Shown here: positions 26,901 through 34,041 of the stretch, piece after piece
How positions within the stretch are numbered: position 1 is the stretch's first letter
Layout: each line of letters starts with the position of its first letter
Assembly (NCBI GenBank): GCA_041738795.1
Contig: JBGSPB010000015.1
Span: 108,227 to 172,226, forward strand
Length of the DNA: 64,000 bases
Origin: Chitinophagaceae bacterium
GTDB taxonomy: Bacteria > Bacteroidota > Bacteroidia > Chitinophagales > Chitinophagaceae
Direction: 5' to 3'
Program-made: the position numbers and the translations under genes
Notes under the pieces: model-generated
The model's input: only the letters and a program-made list of their open reading frames with translations
Databases searched by the model: none
What the model was told of the DNA's origin: nothing

Positions 26901-29849
26901 AAAACCATACTCTGTAGTAGCAGCGCCCTGCGGCACCACCGTTAAACTATCAAATACAAAATGATCAGTTCCGTTCAGTTTTATGACAGCTCTTTCATTC
27001 GTATTCGTTGAAAGATTAGTGATAGTCTCACCATTTCCGTTGAAAGTAACAGTATTGGTAGCAGAAGAGCCTTGAATCTGCCCGATGATGACTTGTTCAT
27101 TATAAGGACCAGATCCGGTTACAACATTAAATACAATAGGACCACCAATTCCGCAACGCAAAGCGAAAACAGCATCATTGAAACTCTGGAAGTTGGTACC
27201 ACCTGTTGGTAATGCACTATTGATAGTATAAGTTCCGGCTGGGAACAATGAATTTACCACTACCTGTACAGGGGTAGAGAAAGTGGTTGATCCGCTACAG
27301 GTAACCGCACAACGGTAATATAAAGTAACCGTTGGGTTGACACTATAGGCCGGATTATTCTGCGAAGGCCCAATATTTGTCCATGGACCAGCCAGCGTTG
27401 TGGCTGTTTGCCATTGATAGGTTTGACCGGTTCCAAAAGTATTATTTACAAGACCCAGTGCAACCAGTTCATTAGGACAGATCGGTACACTGATACTTGC
27501 AGTGGCACCACCGGCATTTGGAGGCGCTGTACAACCGCCCACATCAAATTCCCAGGCCCCGATATCGGGAGTAGTAGCACTTCTTGACACGCCGAGAATA
27601 TCAGCCGTAATACCAACTGCTGAACCCAGGTCATTCATTCCGGCAGACGTTGGTTTCAGATTTCCTAAACCAAGGTTGGTATAGGCAGGATCTATGAAGG
27701 CTGAATTCGCATCCTGTGAAGAAGCAGTTTGCCAGTTGGCCAGAGTTGCCTGCCCGGTTGTACCCCATGAACCATAAAAAACGTTAGCAGCCGGGGTAAA
27801 AAATACGTTGTTGTTATTCGAAACAATAGTGGAAGTGGTAGTATTAAAAAACAGACCATGCATCTGGCCGGTTCCTCCCCTGCGCAAAGTGATAAGGTTA
27901 TTTTTAAATTCTATTCCTGCTGCCGCAGTTGTCTGATAAAAACCACGGGTTACTTCGGTGGTGGTACTCGCCACGTCATCCAGTGAAATAGTGTTATGGT
28001 AGTAGAATATATTATCTGAACTGGCATTATAAATTCCATAGATAGTACCATTACTCTTTATGTCATAGATAGCATTGTTGCTAACGATATTCTCCAGACC
28101 TGCGATAGCATCCACCCCGGTAAAATAAATACCGTACACATCATTCGTACTGGCCGTATTCACATCCAGCAAACCATGAATATAATTTCCATTGACTCTT
28201 GCACTGGTGCTGAGTGAGGTGAAATAAATAGCATAAGAAGTTCCAGTACTAATATTGGCACGGGCCGGGCGACTAAAATCATTAGCTTCTATCAAAGAAG
28301 TGAAGGTACCACTGGTATAAATTCCATACAGGTAATAATCTTTAATGATATTCCGGATAAACTTATTGCGCTGGTTAGCCACCGTAGTGCTGCCCACATT
28401 GGTAATTCCGTAATAACCTCCGGTAATGGTATTTAACTCAAACAGGTTATCGTCACACTCAGCATTGCCGGTACCGGTGGCTGAGGTGGCGCTGGCACTG
28501 ATGGAGATACCTACATGATTAGTAGAAGTCTGTGCATCAGTTACATTAATTATACATTTTCTTATAATGTTGGAATCGGCGTTGTTCAATAACTGAACAG
28601 CAAAACCGTATTCTGTAGTTGTGGTAGCTGTAGCATTAATAGTAAGGCTGTCAAAAATAAAATGATCTGCCCCGTTAAGCTTGATAACACCTCTTTCATT
28701 GGTGTTGGTCGAAGTGAATTGCAATACTCTGCCATTACCATTAAATGTTACCGTATTGATCACTGATGCTCCCGGAACCGGGTTAATAATAAGTTGTTCT
28801 GTATACGGACCCGAAGCTGGATCCACATTAAATACTACCGGCCCGTTTATACCACATGATATATAATTATATGCGGCATTAAAAGACTGGAAGTTGGTAC
28901 CGCCTGTTGGTAATGCACTGTTGATAGTGAAAGTTCCTGAAACCGCCGCAGGAGTAACTACCTGGAGGCTTCCTGAATTGACAGTATTGGCTCCGCAGGT
29001 AACCGCACACCTGTAATAATTAGAGGATGTCTGAGAAGTGGTATAAAAAGCACTTGTTGCTCCGGTGATATCGGTCCAGGTAGTATTATCTGGTGAAATT
29101 TGCCATTGATACGTCTGGCCTGTGCCTCCTGTACCTCCTACAAGGTTCAGATTAAAGTTGGTATTCAAACAAACCGGGTTTTGACTTGCAGTAACGGTTC
29201 CGGTAACCGGTGGGTCTGTACAAGGACCTGCAGGTGAGAAAGTAATTGCGCCTGTAAAATATCGAGGAGTAAGTGTAAGTGCAGTTCCAGATCCACCATA
29301 ACCTACATTTTGTCCTGCAATCTGCACATCTCCCAATTTAAGATTCACACCACCACCTGTAAATGTATTAGGTGCTATAGCAGTTCCAGTACCCGAGTAT
29401 CTTGTGCTACCAGGTCCTGTATTACGTAATGCAAAGCGGTATTGGGTGCCGGCAGGTATGGTAAAGCCCAAACCGGGGAAGTTAAGCGGAGTGATACCGG
29501 AAGCTGCTACCGGTGTAGCTAATGAAGTTGCTGCCAAAGTCCAGGGGGCGGCAGTTACATCCGTTGCTGTACCCGACAATGCACTGGCAGTATAATACAA
29601 CTGCCATATCGAATTATTTTCTGTAGTGGTACACCAATTTGAAATGGCGGTAAGTAATACCGGGAATCCGTTGGTATTTTCTATTACAAAACTCACCTGT
29701 GCAGGTGAACCCAGTGAATTCCCGCCATTATAAGGAGGGTTGGGCAATGTAGTAAGTGTTGTTTGCCCGTTCAGGCGACCAACAGAAAATAACAGCGCAA
29801 AAAACAAAAGGAGCATAGCGTTAAATCCTGAAGCGTAGTACTTTCTCAT
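20901..29849 (-). CDS. Giant (~2980 aa) T9SS type-B-CTD cargo: three Ig/beta-helix units, IgGFc-binding-like domain, PKD, FN3-like domain
   Basis: Likely start MRKYYASG at 29849, which gives a proper signal peptide (ORF track starts at 29882). Parallel beta-helix GIY..N.I repeats, GKRFWVGYGHH domain, C-terminal YIPNSFTPNNDGLND..VFNQWG..WDGT..GSINLVR. Confidence 0.88.
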   Translation of the reverse strand: MRKYYASGFNAMLLLFFALLFSVGRLNGQTTLTTLPNPPYNGGNSLGSPAQVSFVIENTNGFPVLLTAISNWCTTTENNSIWQLYYTASALSGTATDVTAAPWTLAATSLATPVAASGITPLNFPGLGFTIPAGTQYRFALRNTGPGSTRYSGTGTAIAPNTFTGGGVNLKLGDVQIAGQNVGYGGSGTALTLTPRYFTGAITFSPAGPCTDPPVTGTVTASQNPVCLNTNFNLNLVGGTGGTGQTYQWQISPDNTTWTDITGATSAFYTTSQTSSNYYRCAVTCGANTVNSGSLQVVTPAAVSGTFTINSALPTGGTNFQSFNAAYNYISCGINGPVVFNVDPASGPYTEQLIINPVPGASVINTVTFNGNGRVLQFTSTNTNERGVIKLNGADHFIFDSLTINATATTTTEYGFAVQLLNNADSNIIRKCIINVTDAQTSTNHVGISISASATSATGTGNAECDDNLFELNTITGGYYGITNVGSTTVANQRNKFIRNIIKDYYLYGIYTSGTFTSLIEANDFSRPARANISTGTSYAIYFTSLSTSARVNGNYIHGLLDVNTASTNDVYGIYFTGVDAIAGLENIVSNNAIYDIKSNGTIYGIYNASSDNIFYYHNTISLDDVASTTTEVTRGFYQTTAAAGIEFKNNLITLRRGGTGQMHGLFFNTTTSTIVSNNNNVFFTPAANVFYGSWGTTGQATLANWQTASSQDANSAFIDPAYTNLGLGNLKPTSAGMNDLGSAVGITADILGVSRSATTPDIGAWEFDVGGCTAPPNAGGATASISVPICPNELVALGLVNNTFGTGQTYQWQTATTLAGPWTNIGPSQNNPAYSVNPTVTLYYRCAVTCSGSTTFSTPVQVVVNSLFPAGTYTINSALPTGGTNFQSFNDAVFALRCGIGGPIVFNVVTGSGPYNEQVIIGQIQGSSATNTVTFNGNGETITNLSTNTNERAVIKLNGTDHFVFDSLTVVPQGAATTEYGFGFHLLNSADSNIIRNCDISMSTTTTSTNFAGIVSSVGTTATTTGTNLSDYNLFENNEITGGYYGITSVGSTTSAVGNNAMVRNTIKDFYAYGIYLSGNFNTLVEKNNIFRPARTTSTTTYGIYVTSLNTGVKLYKNRIHNLFDGAPTATSTSYGIYFTGVDAIAGLENIVSNNAIYNMNGNGTQYGIYNTSSDNVFYYYNTVNLDDATATTTSDAYCFYQTTAAAGIDLKNNLFSMTRGGNGDKYCMYFATAATTFTSDYNGVFRNAVNSHVGFNGSNQTTLANWQAATTQDGNSVSANPYYTDAAAGNLEPRTPALDNEGTPVTGITSDIRDAVRNATTPDIGAWEFAVPVCTAPPTAGSATAVPNTGICLGTPIDLDLSGNSIGSGQSYQWQFATAAAGPYTNLGNPKLFPDTTILASGSFWYRCVVTCSAQSANSTPVQVNMNPPFPAGVYTINNTIPTDYPGGSNFNSFVEAVAVMDCGISGPVTFNVAAGTYTEQVRMHRITGASNTSRVTFQSANGNPASVILTFDATNAAANYVLQLDSASYITYRNMTITAINATNGRAVDIANLASNDSLVNNIINVPTATGTGTTVVGIHAANLAGGDHTIKGNTVNGGVTGIYFGSTTTSPSAYNFIDSNTVTGSYYYGIYNSNTRFTSVSKNTVTVAAPRNTTTYGIYLTNADSAYQVNNNKVDINGTTSTTYGIYLTGCGAAGHTGSVSGNKITGLTGITGTLYGLYQTSSIGNYTKNNVININTSATTAYGLYSTGGNGIKYYNNSVQNASPAAGTTNIAAYISHTTSSAGVGDIRNNIFSHTANGIAANYLNVANIYTDFNMFYTAGATLIRQNTVNYATLQDWKNGQNWDYNSIVYTPAFAAGNELQPDITNPDVWAMHGRGVQITDNATDINGNTRPTTLTEGVPDMGAYEFLPTAQPPVLPATPAVPAAGTTQVFMFGTDTVQKITWAPASTVPTTVDVRRYSGIIPPGLTTGQQSMYYYTDVDFTGSAPTNFTNRQFYIDPWMRDIPSEPTVKLGRTNTAGTWLVASGSVVDDLGNVITESNLSFLDKFTGMTDGVAPPPAVPPVFTLDTSNRGKRFWVGYGHHYGFSSNSQDMALYLSAEDSANVTVKVNGTNWVRTYAIPANTVRVSDFMPTSGLVDARLTDEGLFNKGISIESDVPIVAYAHISDGANSGAGMLLPTGVYGYEYRSLNSRQYYPSGGAGSYSWMFVIADRDSTLVEITPAVTTKGGRPAGVPFQVYLKRGEVYNVMGTQASGGQGTDLSGSTIKSIPNASGKCYPIAVFSGSSRTAICNTTNGDNMIQQVFPASAWGTKYLTFATANSASNTNYNSNGWRVMVKDPATVVKRNGVTLDPATLIVPGNYYEFFVGNNTGANTASYIEADQPVMVAQYMLSTSGTGCAGVPAPTGNGDPEMIYISPIEQGIKKARFYNTNNNSITSNYVNVILPTAALPSLQIDGSTTFTDVFAHPNLAGYTCVRQNFAGAAAQHYITCDSAFTAITYGLGSVESYGYNAGTLVKNLSAVPSFNNVFNTSGTNTYTCKGTPFRLSLQISVKPTQLVWQLSQVNNVTPNANVTQVNPVPTDSVTVNGKKFYIYTLAQQYTFSQVGTYNVPITVFHPSIEGCGGSVEISLPVTVIAAPVSNFTTNFSGCVGDAVQFNATTTTSNGVPTNQWTWAFGDGNNGAGQNPVHTYATAGTYNVSLRGIADDGCIGDTTKPVVVNPKPTGAITQDTVYVCNNASATFTVQNPVTGDTYNWYSAATGGSLLGTGSTFVLNNVTGFVNVYLEVIRLGCASATRDRATAAILPTLPAPVVTVDSVSTNTIVFRWTAVTGAASYQVSTNAGGTWSTPSSGPQGLTHTITGLPLGTSVTLLVRAVGGCLPAVSQPATGQTVTDQVYIPNSFTPNNDGLNDVLRVYSNVIRSMKFVVFNQWGEKIFESNSQSVAWDGTHKGKPQPSGVYIYVCDIVLNTGERIQRKGSINLVR
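24110..29222 (-). repeat. Three ~563-aa intragenic units (C-T-x-P-P Ig-like domain plus right-handed beta-helix)
   Basis: CTDPP/CTAPP/CTAPP cysteine codons end at 29222, 27533 and 25844 (1689-bp steps). Units end PDIGAWEF, PDIGAWEF, PDMGAYEF. Near-identical ~45-bp DNA at 27186 and 28887. Confidence 0.8.
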
Positions 29850-30161
29850 TTCAGCATGTTTGGTTTGTAGTAATAATATCAAAATTTCCTTTTACTACTG
29901 TAAAAGGGTTCAGTCAATACAAATTCATCAGCACTGCATTAAGCAGCAAAGGATAAGGGAAATCAGAAATGGTGTTTTTCAGGATAATGTCCTTCAAATG
30001 ATCTCTGAGGGAGAAGGTAATCGGTGCAGATCAATACTACAATTGCCCATGGCAAATGAAGTTATTGTATGCTACTAATCGTGCAGTCTGTTATCTACTA
30101 AAAATCGAAAGCTAAAAAAGCAATTACCTGTCTGATGTGAAAATTAACATTTACTGCGATT

Positions 30162-30193
30162 CAAAGTTATCATTTAATATCATTAAATGCAAA
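30162..30193 (-). promoter_or_regulatory. Canonical Bacteroidota promoter for the adhesin operon with a palindrome in the spacer
   Basis: Minus strand TTTG (30190-30193) - 20 nt - TAACTTTG (30162-30169); the spacer holds CATTTAAT-ATC-ATTAAATG (30171-30189). Confidence 0.65.
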
Positions 30194-30401
30194 CATTGAG
30201 TATTAATAAAAATTATCAGTTTTTAAAGTTGATAAATATCAAAAATATAGGCAGAAATTTTCTCCACTGACCGGAAAAATCAATTAAATACTACAAGAAT
30301 TATCAAGAGAAAATTGTATAACGGGGCATAAAATGCAATAAGAGGAATCAGTGTTTCACTTATTTAATTTCCTTATGCATTATAACTGATATGTTTATAA
30401 A

Positions 30402-30437
30402 AAAAGCCCGGTTTCAATCTGGTGAAACCGGGCTTTT
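30402..30437. terminator. Intrinsic terminator downstream of tRNA-Ser
   Basis: AAAAGCCCGGTTTCA-ATCTGG-TGAAACCGGGCTTTT perfect 15-bp stem. Confidence 0.9.
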
Positions 30438-30438
30438 G

Positions 30439-30529
30439 CGGAGAGGGAGGGATTCGAACCCTCGGTACAGATTTAAGTCCGTACAACGGTTTAGCAAACC
30501 GGCCCTTTCGGCCACTCAGGCACCTCTCC
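30439..30529 (-). tRNA. tRNA-Ser (anticodon GCU)
   Basis: Minus strand GGAGAGG..TTGCTAA loop, long variable arm TGTACGGACTTAAATCTGTAC, GAGGG-TTCGAAT-CCCTC, CCTCTCC-G. Confidence 0.96.
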
Positions 30530-30552
30530 AACACATTTTATTCAAGGGGAAG

Positions 30553-30560
30553 CAAAAATA
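30553..30560 (-). promoter_or_regulatory. -7 promoter element of tRNA-Ser
   Basis: TATTTTTG (TAnnTTTG) 23 nt upstream of the tRNA. Confidence 0.6.
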
Positions 30561-30606
30561 AAGATTAATTGCTTTCCCCACAATACAGTTTTTCTTTTCT
30601 GGCAAT

Positions 30607-30631
30607 AAAAAACCCGACTTTTCGGCCGGGT
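30607..30631 (-). terminator. Intrinsic terminator after dnaA
   Basis: Minus strand ACCCGGC-CGAAAA-GTCGGGT followed by TTTTT. Confidence 0.75.
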
Positions 30632-30671
30632 GCTTTTGTTTCAATATCCTTGAAACCGTCCAGTAGTTATT

Positions 30672-32105
30672 TTACATAGCAGCCAGTTGCACTTTCTGCT
30701 GTAGTTCCAATACATTTTCTCTGAAAACACCATCTGTATCCATCAGGTCCTTCACCGTCTGGCAGGAATGGATAACAGTGGTATGGTCACGGCCCCCAAA
30801 ATGTTCACCAATAGTCTTCAACGAGTTCTTGGTAAATGCCTTAGCCAGGTACATAGTGATTTGCCTTGCCTGTACGATCTCTCTTTTGCGGGTTTTTTGC
30901 AAAAGCTTATCATAGGGCACATCAAAGTACTCACATACCATTTTCTGAATGGTATCGATGGTAATTTCTTTGCTGGATGATTTTACAAAATTACGTAACA
31001 CTTTTTTCGCTAAGTCTAGGTCTATTTCCCTCCTGTTCAGCGAAGATTGTGCCAACAGTGATATCAGGGCACCCTCCAGCTCTCTTACATTATTACTTAT
31101 ATTATAGGCGATATACTTTACCACTTCTTTGGGCATTTCCAACCCGTCATTTTTCATCTTTTTCTCAAGGATCTCAATACGGGTATCGTATTCCGGCACC
31201 TGTAAATCAGCACTTAAGCCCCAGCGGAACCGGCTTAACAACCTTTCCTGTACCCCTTCCAGGTCTTTGGGTGATTTGTCAGAAGTAAGGACCAGCTGTT
31301 TATGCGATTGATGCAGGTGATTGAATATAGCAAAGAAAGCATCCTGTGATTTTTCAGCTTTGGCAAAAAACTGGACATCATCAATAATTAAAACATCGAT
31401 CAGCTGGTAGAAATGGATAAAGTCGTTTATCGCATTATTCCGGCTATGATCCATGAACTGGTTGATGAATTTTTCAGAACTTACATACAGCACTACTTTA
31501 TTGGGGTGAAGCCTTTTTACTTCATTTCCGATTGCCTGGGCCAGGTGGGTTTTGCCCAGACCAACCCCTCCATATATAACCAACGGATTAAAGGAATTAG
31601 TGCCCGGCTTTTCAGCTACTGTTTTACCGGCACGGCGGGCTACCCGGTTACAATCACCTTCAATAAAAGATTCAAATGTGTAAATATGATTTAACTGCGG
31701 GTCGATCTGCATCTTTTTCAGACCCGGTATAACGAACGGATTCTTTACAGGATTGTTTATGACTAAAGGAAAATCCATTTCGTTATTTGAAAAAGTTTTA
31801 AATCCCTGGCCGCTTACATCCATGGTAACAGGTTTATTCTTGCTGTTACCACTATCAACCATTATCCGGTATTCAAGATGGGCATCTTTGCCCAATTCTC
31901 TTTTTAATGTCTTCGCTAATAAATTTACGTAATGTTCTTCCAGATATTCGAAAAAAAATTGACTGGGAACCTGGATGACGAGAACATTATTTTTGAGCGA
32001 TACAGGCTTGATAGGTTCGAACCAGGTCTTGTAATGCTGCCATTCAACAATATCCTTGATGATCTTTAAACAATTCGTCCAGATTTTATCAGCATTTTTC
32101 TCCAT
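30672..32105 (-). CDS. dnaA: Chromosomal replication initiator DnaA
   Basis: NPLVIYGGVGLGKTHL, LIIDDVQF, RLLSRF, NVRELEGAL, GGRDHTTVIH. Confidence 0.99.
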   Translation of the reverse strand: MEKNADKIWTNCLKIIKDIVEWQHYKTWFEPIKPVSLKNNVLVIQVPSQFFFEYLEEHYVNLLAKTLKRELGKDAHLEYRIMVDSGNSKNKPVTMDVSGQGFKTFSNNEMDFPLVINNPVKNPFVIPGLKKMQIDPQLNHIYTFESFIEGDCNRVARRAGKTVAEKPGTNSFNPLVIYGGVGLGKTHLAQAIGNEVKRLHPNKVVLYVSSEKFINQFMDHSRNNAINDFIHFYQLIDVLIIDDVQFFAKAEKSQDAFFAIFNHLHQSHKQLVLTSDKSPKDLEGVQERLLSRFRWGLSADLQVPEYDTRIEILEKKMKNDGLEMPKEVVKYIAYNISNNVRELEGALISLLAQSSLNRREIDLDLAKKVLRNFVKSSSKEITIDTIQKMVCEYFDVPYDKLLQKTRKREIVQARQITMYLAKAFTKNSLKTIGEHFGGRDHTTVIHSCQTVKDLMDTDGVFRENVLELQQKVQLAAM

Positions 32106-32239
32106 CAGTCAGTAAGCAGTTTATGTCGTGTTAACTATAGTTGTTCCTGAGTTTGTCCACTAAAAACCTTGGCACATTGTCAATAAAAAAAGTTGGACAG
32201 GGAGGCGAATATCACCATTTCTTTTCTAAAAAAAAATTT

Positions 32240-33178
32240 TTATCCCCCTGATTTTTGTGAAACAGAAATTGAATGACTTTTTGCTAATTTTTTGCCCGAA
32301 AATTTGGAAAATTCAAAATCAAGCCTACCTAAAATAATACCGGCGAAACCAACCTGGTTTACCACCACATCACTGCCCATTTTATTTTTGTATACCAACG
32401 GTTCATTTAAAAAAGTATGCGTATGCCCGCCAATAATCAGATCAATATTTTCTGATTGTTTTGCCAGCACTTCGTCACTAACCATATCGTTTCCCTTATA
32501 TTGATTACCGAGGTGTGATAAACAAATAACCATATCACAGTATTTAAACTTCTTCAGTTCATATGCTACTTCATTCGCCTTTTGAACCGGGTCAAGATAT
32601 TTGGTAGCCCCGAATAAATTATCTGGGATTAACCCCTTCCCTTCAATACCAACCCCAAACACACCTATCTTTAATTTTCCTTTTTTAAAAATTTTATACG
32701 GTTGAGTCTTATATTCCATCGGTGTTCCTGTAAAATCATAGTTGCACACCAGCATTGGAAAATTTGCATGACGGGTTAGCTGTGTTGCTAAATTTTCCAT
32801 CCCCGCATCAAAATCATGGTTACCTATAGTACAGGCATCATAGCCTAAGGTTGACATCGCTCTTATTTCCGGTTCCCCTTTATATATATTAAAATAAGGA
32901 GTACCCTGGAAAATATCTCCGGCATCGAGCAATAATACATGTTCTTCCTCCTGCCTGATCTGGTTTATTAATCTTGCCCGGCCTGCTACGCCACCAAGCC
33001 CCTGGTTGCGGCCTCCGTCCATTGGAAATGGCTCCAAACGACTGTGCGTATCGTTTGTATGTAAAATGGTTAATTTCAACGGGCTGAGATATGCTGCCGC
33101 TTCCAGCATTGATGGACCGGCCATGATAGCCCCTGCGGACATTGCAGCCTGTCGTATGAACTTTTTTCTACTGAGCAT
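32240..33178 (-). CDS. 5'-nucleotidase metallophosphoesterase half with Tat-like signal
   Basis: SRKKFI N-terminus; HTNDTHS, DAGD, GNHDFD, SHLG and GGHTH metal motifs. Confidence 0.9.
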   Translation of the reverse strand: MLSRKKFIRQAAMSAGAIMAGPSMLEAAAYLSPLKLTILHTNDTHSRLEPFPMDGGRNQGLGGVAGRARLINQIRQEEEHVLLLDAGDIFQGTPYFNIYKGEPEIRAMSTLGYDACTIGNHDFDAGMENLATQLTRHANFPMLVCNYDFTGTPMEYKTQPYKIFKKGKLKIGVFGVGIEGKGLIPDNLFGATKYLDPVQKANEVAYELKKFKYCDMVICLSHLGNQYKGNDMVSDEVLAKQSENIDLIIGGHTHTFLNEPLVYKNKMGSDVVVNQVGFAGIILGRLDFEFSKFSGKKLAKSHSISVSQKSGG

Positions 33179-33920
33179 TGGTAACCCGGTTTTCTATGGT
33201 GGCTGTAATGTTTTTACCCTGGCTTTTCAGCTTGATGATATAATCAAAAATAGCATCCCTCATCAGGTAGCCATTCGTTATTTGTGGAATAGGACGAAGC
33301 ATGTCAGTGTTATCGCCTCCATTGGCGATAAAATCTGAATTAGCGATCGTATACACCCTGTAAGGATCTATCGGTTTGCCACCTATCATTACATTGACAG
33401 CTTTTTTATCTTTTATCTGCATGGTTAATCCGGCCATTGGCCAGCCTCCCCTGTCAGCTGTAAGATCAAGTAATTGCTGCAGCACACTGCCTTTCACTTT
33501 TTGAAGAATTAATAAATTATCAAAAGGCATTAACTCAAAAATTTTACCCCTTGTAACATTGCCTGCAGGCAATTGGGTCAACCGGATACCGCCAAAGTTT
33601 ACAAAAGCAACATCTACTTCTGTGTTATACTTTTCCCTGGACATAATCAAAAATGCATCCACCATAAAGTTACCCAAGGTACTTTCAGGCTGCTTTTTAT
33701 CCAGACTCATTTCCGCAATGCCCACAACCCCGTTCATACTGTTGTTTACACTGTCACTATAGGGTTTCAAAAAAGTCAGTAGCGCTGAATCCTGTTGCTG
33801 CGTATTAGCAATCCGGTAAGATTTGTACTGAAGGGCTTGTCCCTGGTAGGTAGTATTACAGGAATTACCTGCAATAAAAATAAGTAGCAGAGCCGTTGGA
33901 AAAAATAACCTTGAATGCAT
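33168..33920 (-). CDS. 5'-nucleotidase C-terminal (substrate-binding) half, probable lipoprotein
   Basis: Signal ending GNSC; ESTLGNFMVDA, NFGGIR, FELMPFDN, YTIANSDFIANGGD; overlaps the partner gene by 11 bp. Confidence 0.88.
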   Translation of the reverse strand: MHSRLFFPTALLLIFIAGNSCNTTYQGQALQYKSYRIANTQQQDSALLTFLKPYSDSVNNSMNGVVGIAEMSLDKKQPESTLGNFMVDAFLIMSREKYNTEVDVAFVNFGGIRLTQLPAGNVTRGKIFELMPFDNLLILQKVKGSVLQQLLDLTADRGGWPMAGLTMQIKDKKAVNVMIGGKPIDPYRVYTIANSDFIANGGDNTDMLRPIPQITNGYLMRDAIFDYIIKLKSQGKNITATIENRVTNAQ

Positions 33921-34041
33921 AACTATTGATCTCGTTTGAAGGTATTACTATTTTGGTATCACAACAAGAAATCGCAGAATTTTATCCCGGAATTTTATTT
34001 GCATCTTTACATCAAATTTTTCAGGATAAAAACCTGACAGT

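Noticed and set aside
29850-29882. N-terminal extensions in the ORF track (also 39461, 51807, 63168)
   Set aside because: Downstream ATGs (29849, 39422, 51852, 63225) give proper signal peptides or family N-termini.
30090-30400. oriC in the AT-rich region near dnaA
   Set aside because: Only degenerate boxes (TTATCAACT, TTATCTACT) and no TTATCCACA cluster; the region is better explained as the adhesin promoter. GC-skew analysis of the whole genome would be needed.
10118-30437. Second genomic island between tRNA-Pro and tRNA-Ser
   Set aside because: No integrase, no duplicated tRNA end and no obvious compositional break.
32106-32239. DnaA boxes upstream of dnaA
   Set aside because: Best matches (TTGTCCACT, TTATCCCCC) each have two mismatches.
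33168-33178. Frameshifted 5'-nucleotidase pseudogene
   Set aside because: Each half has its own export signal and intact motifs, and the order is reversed relative to the fused enzyme.
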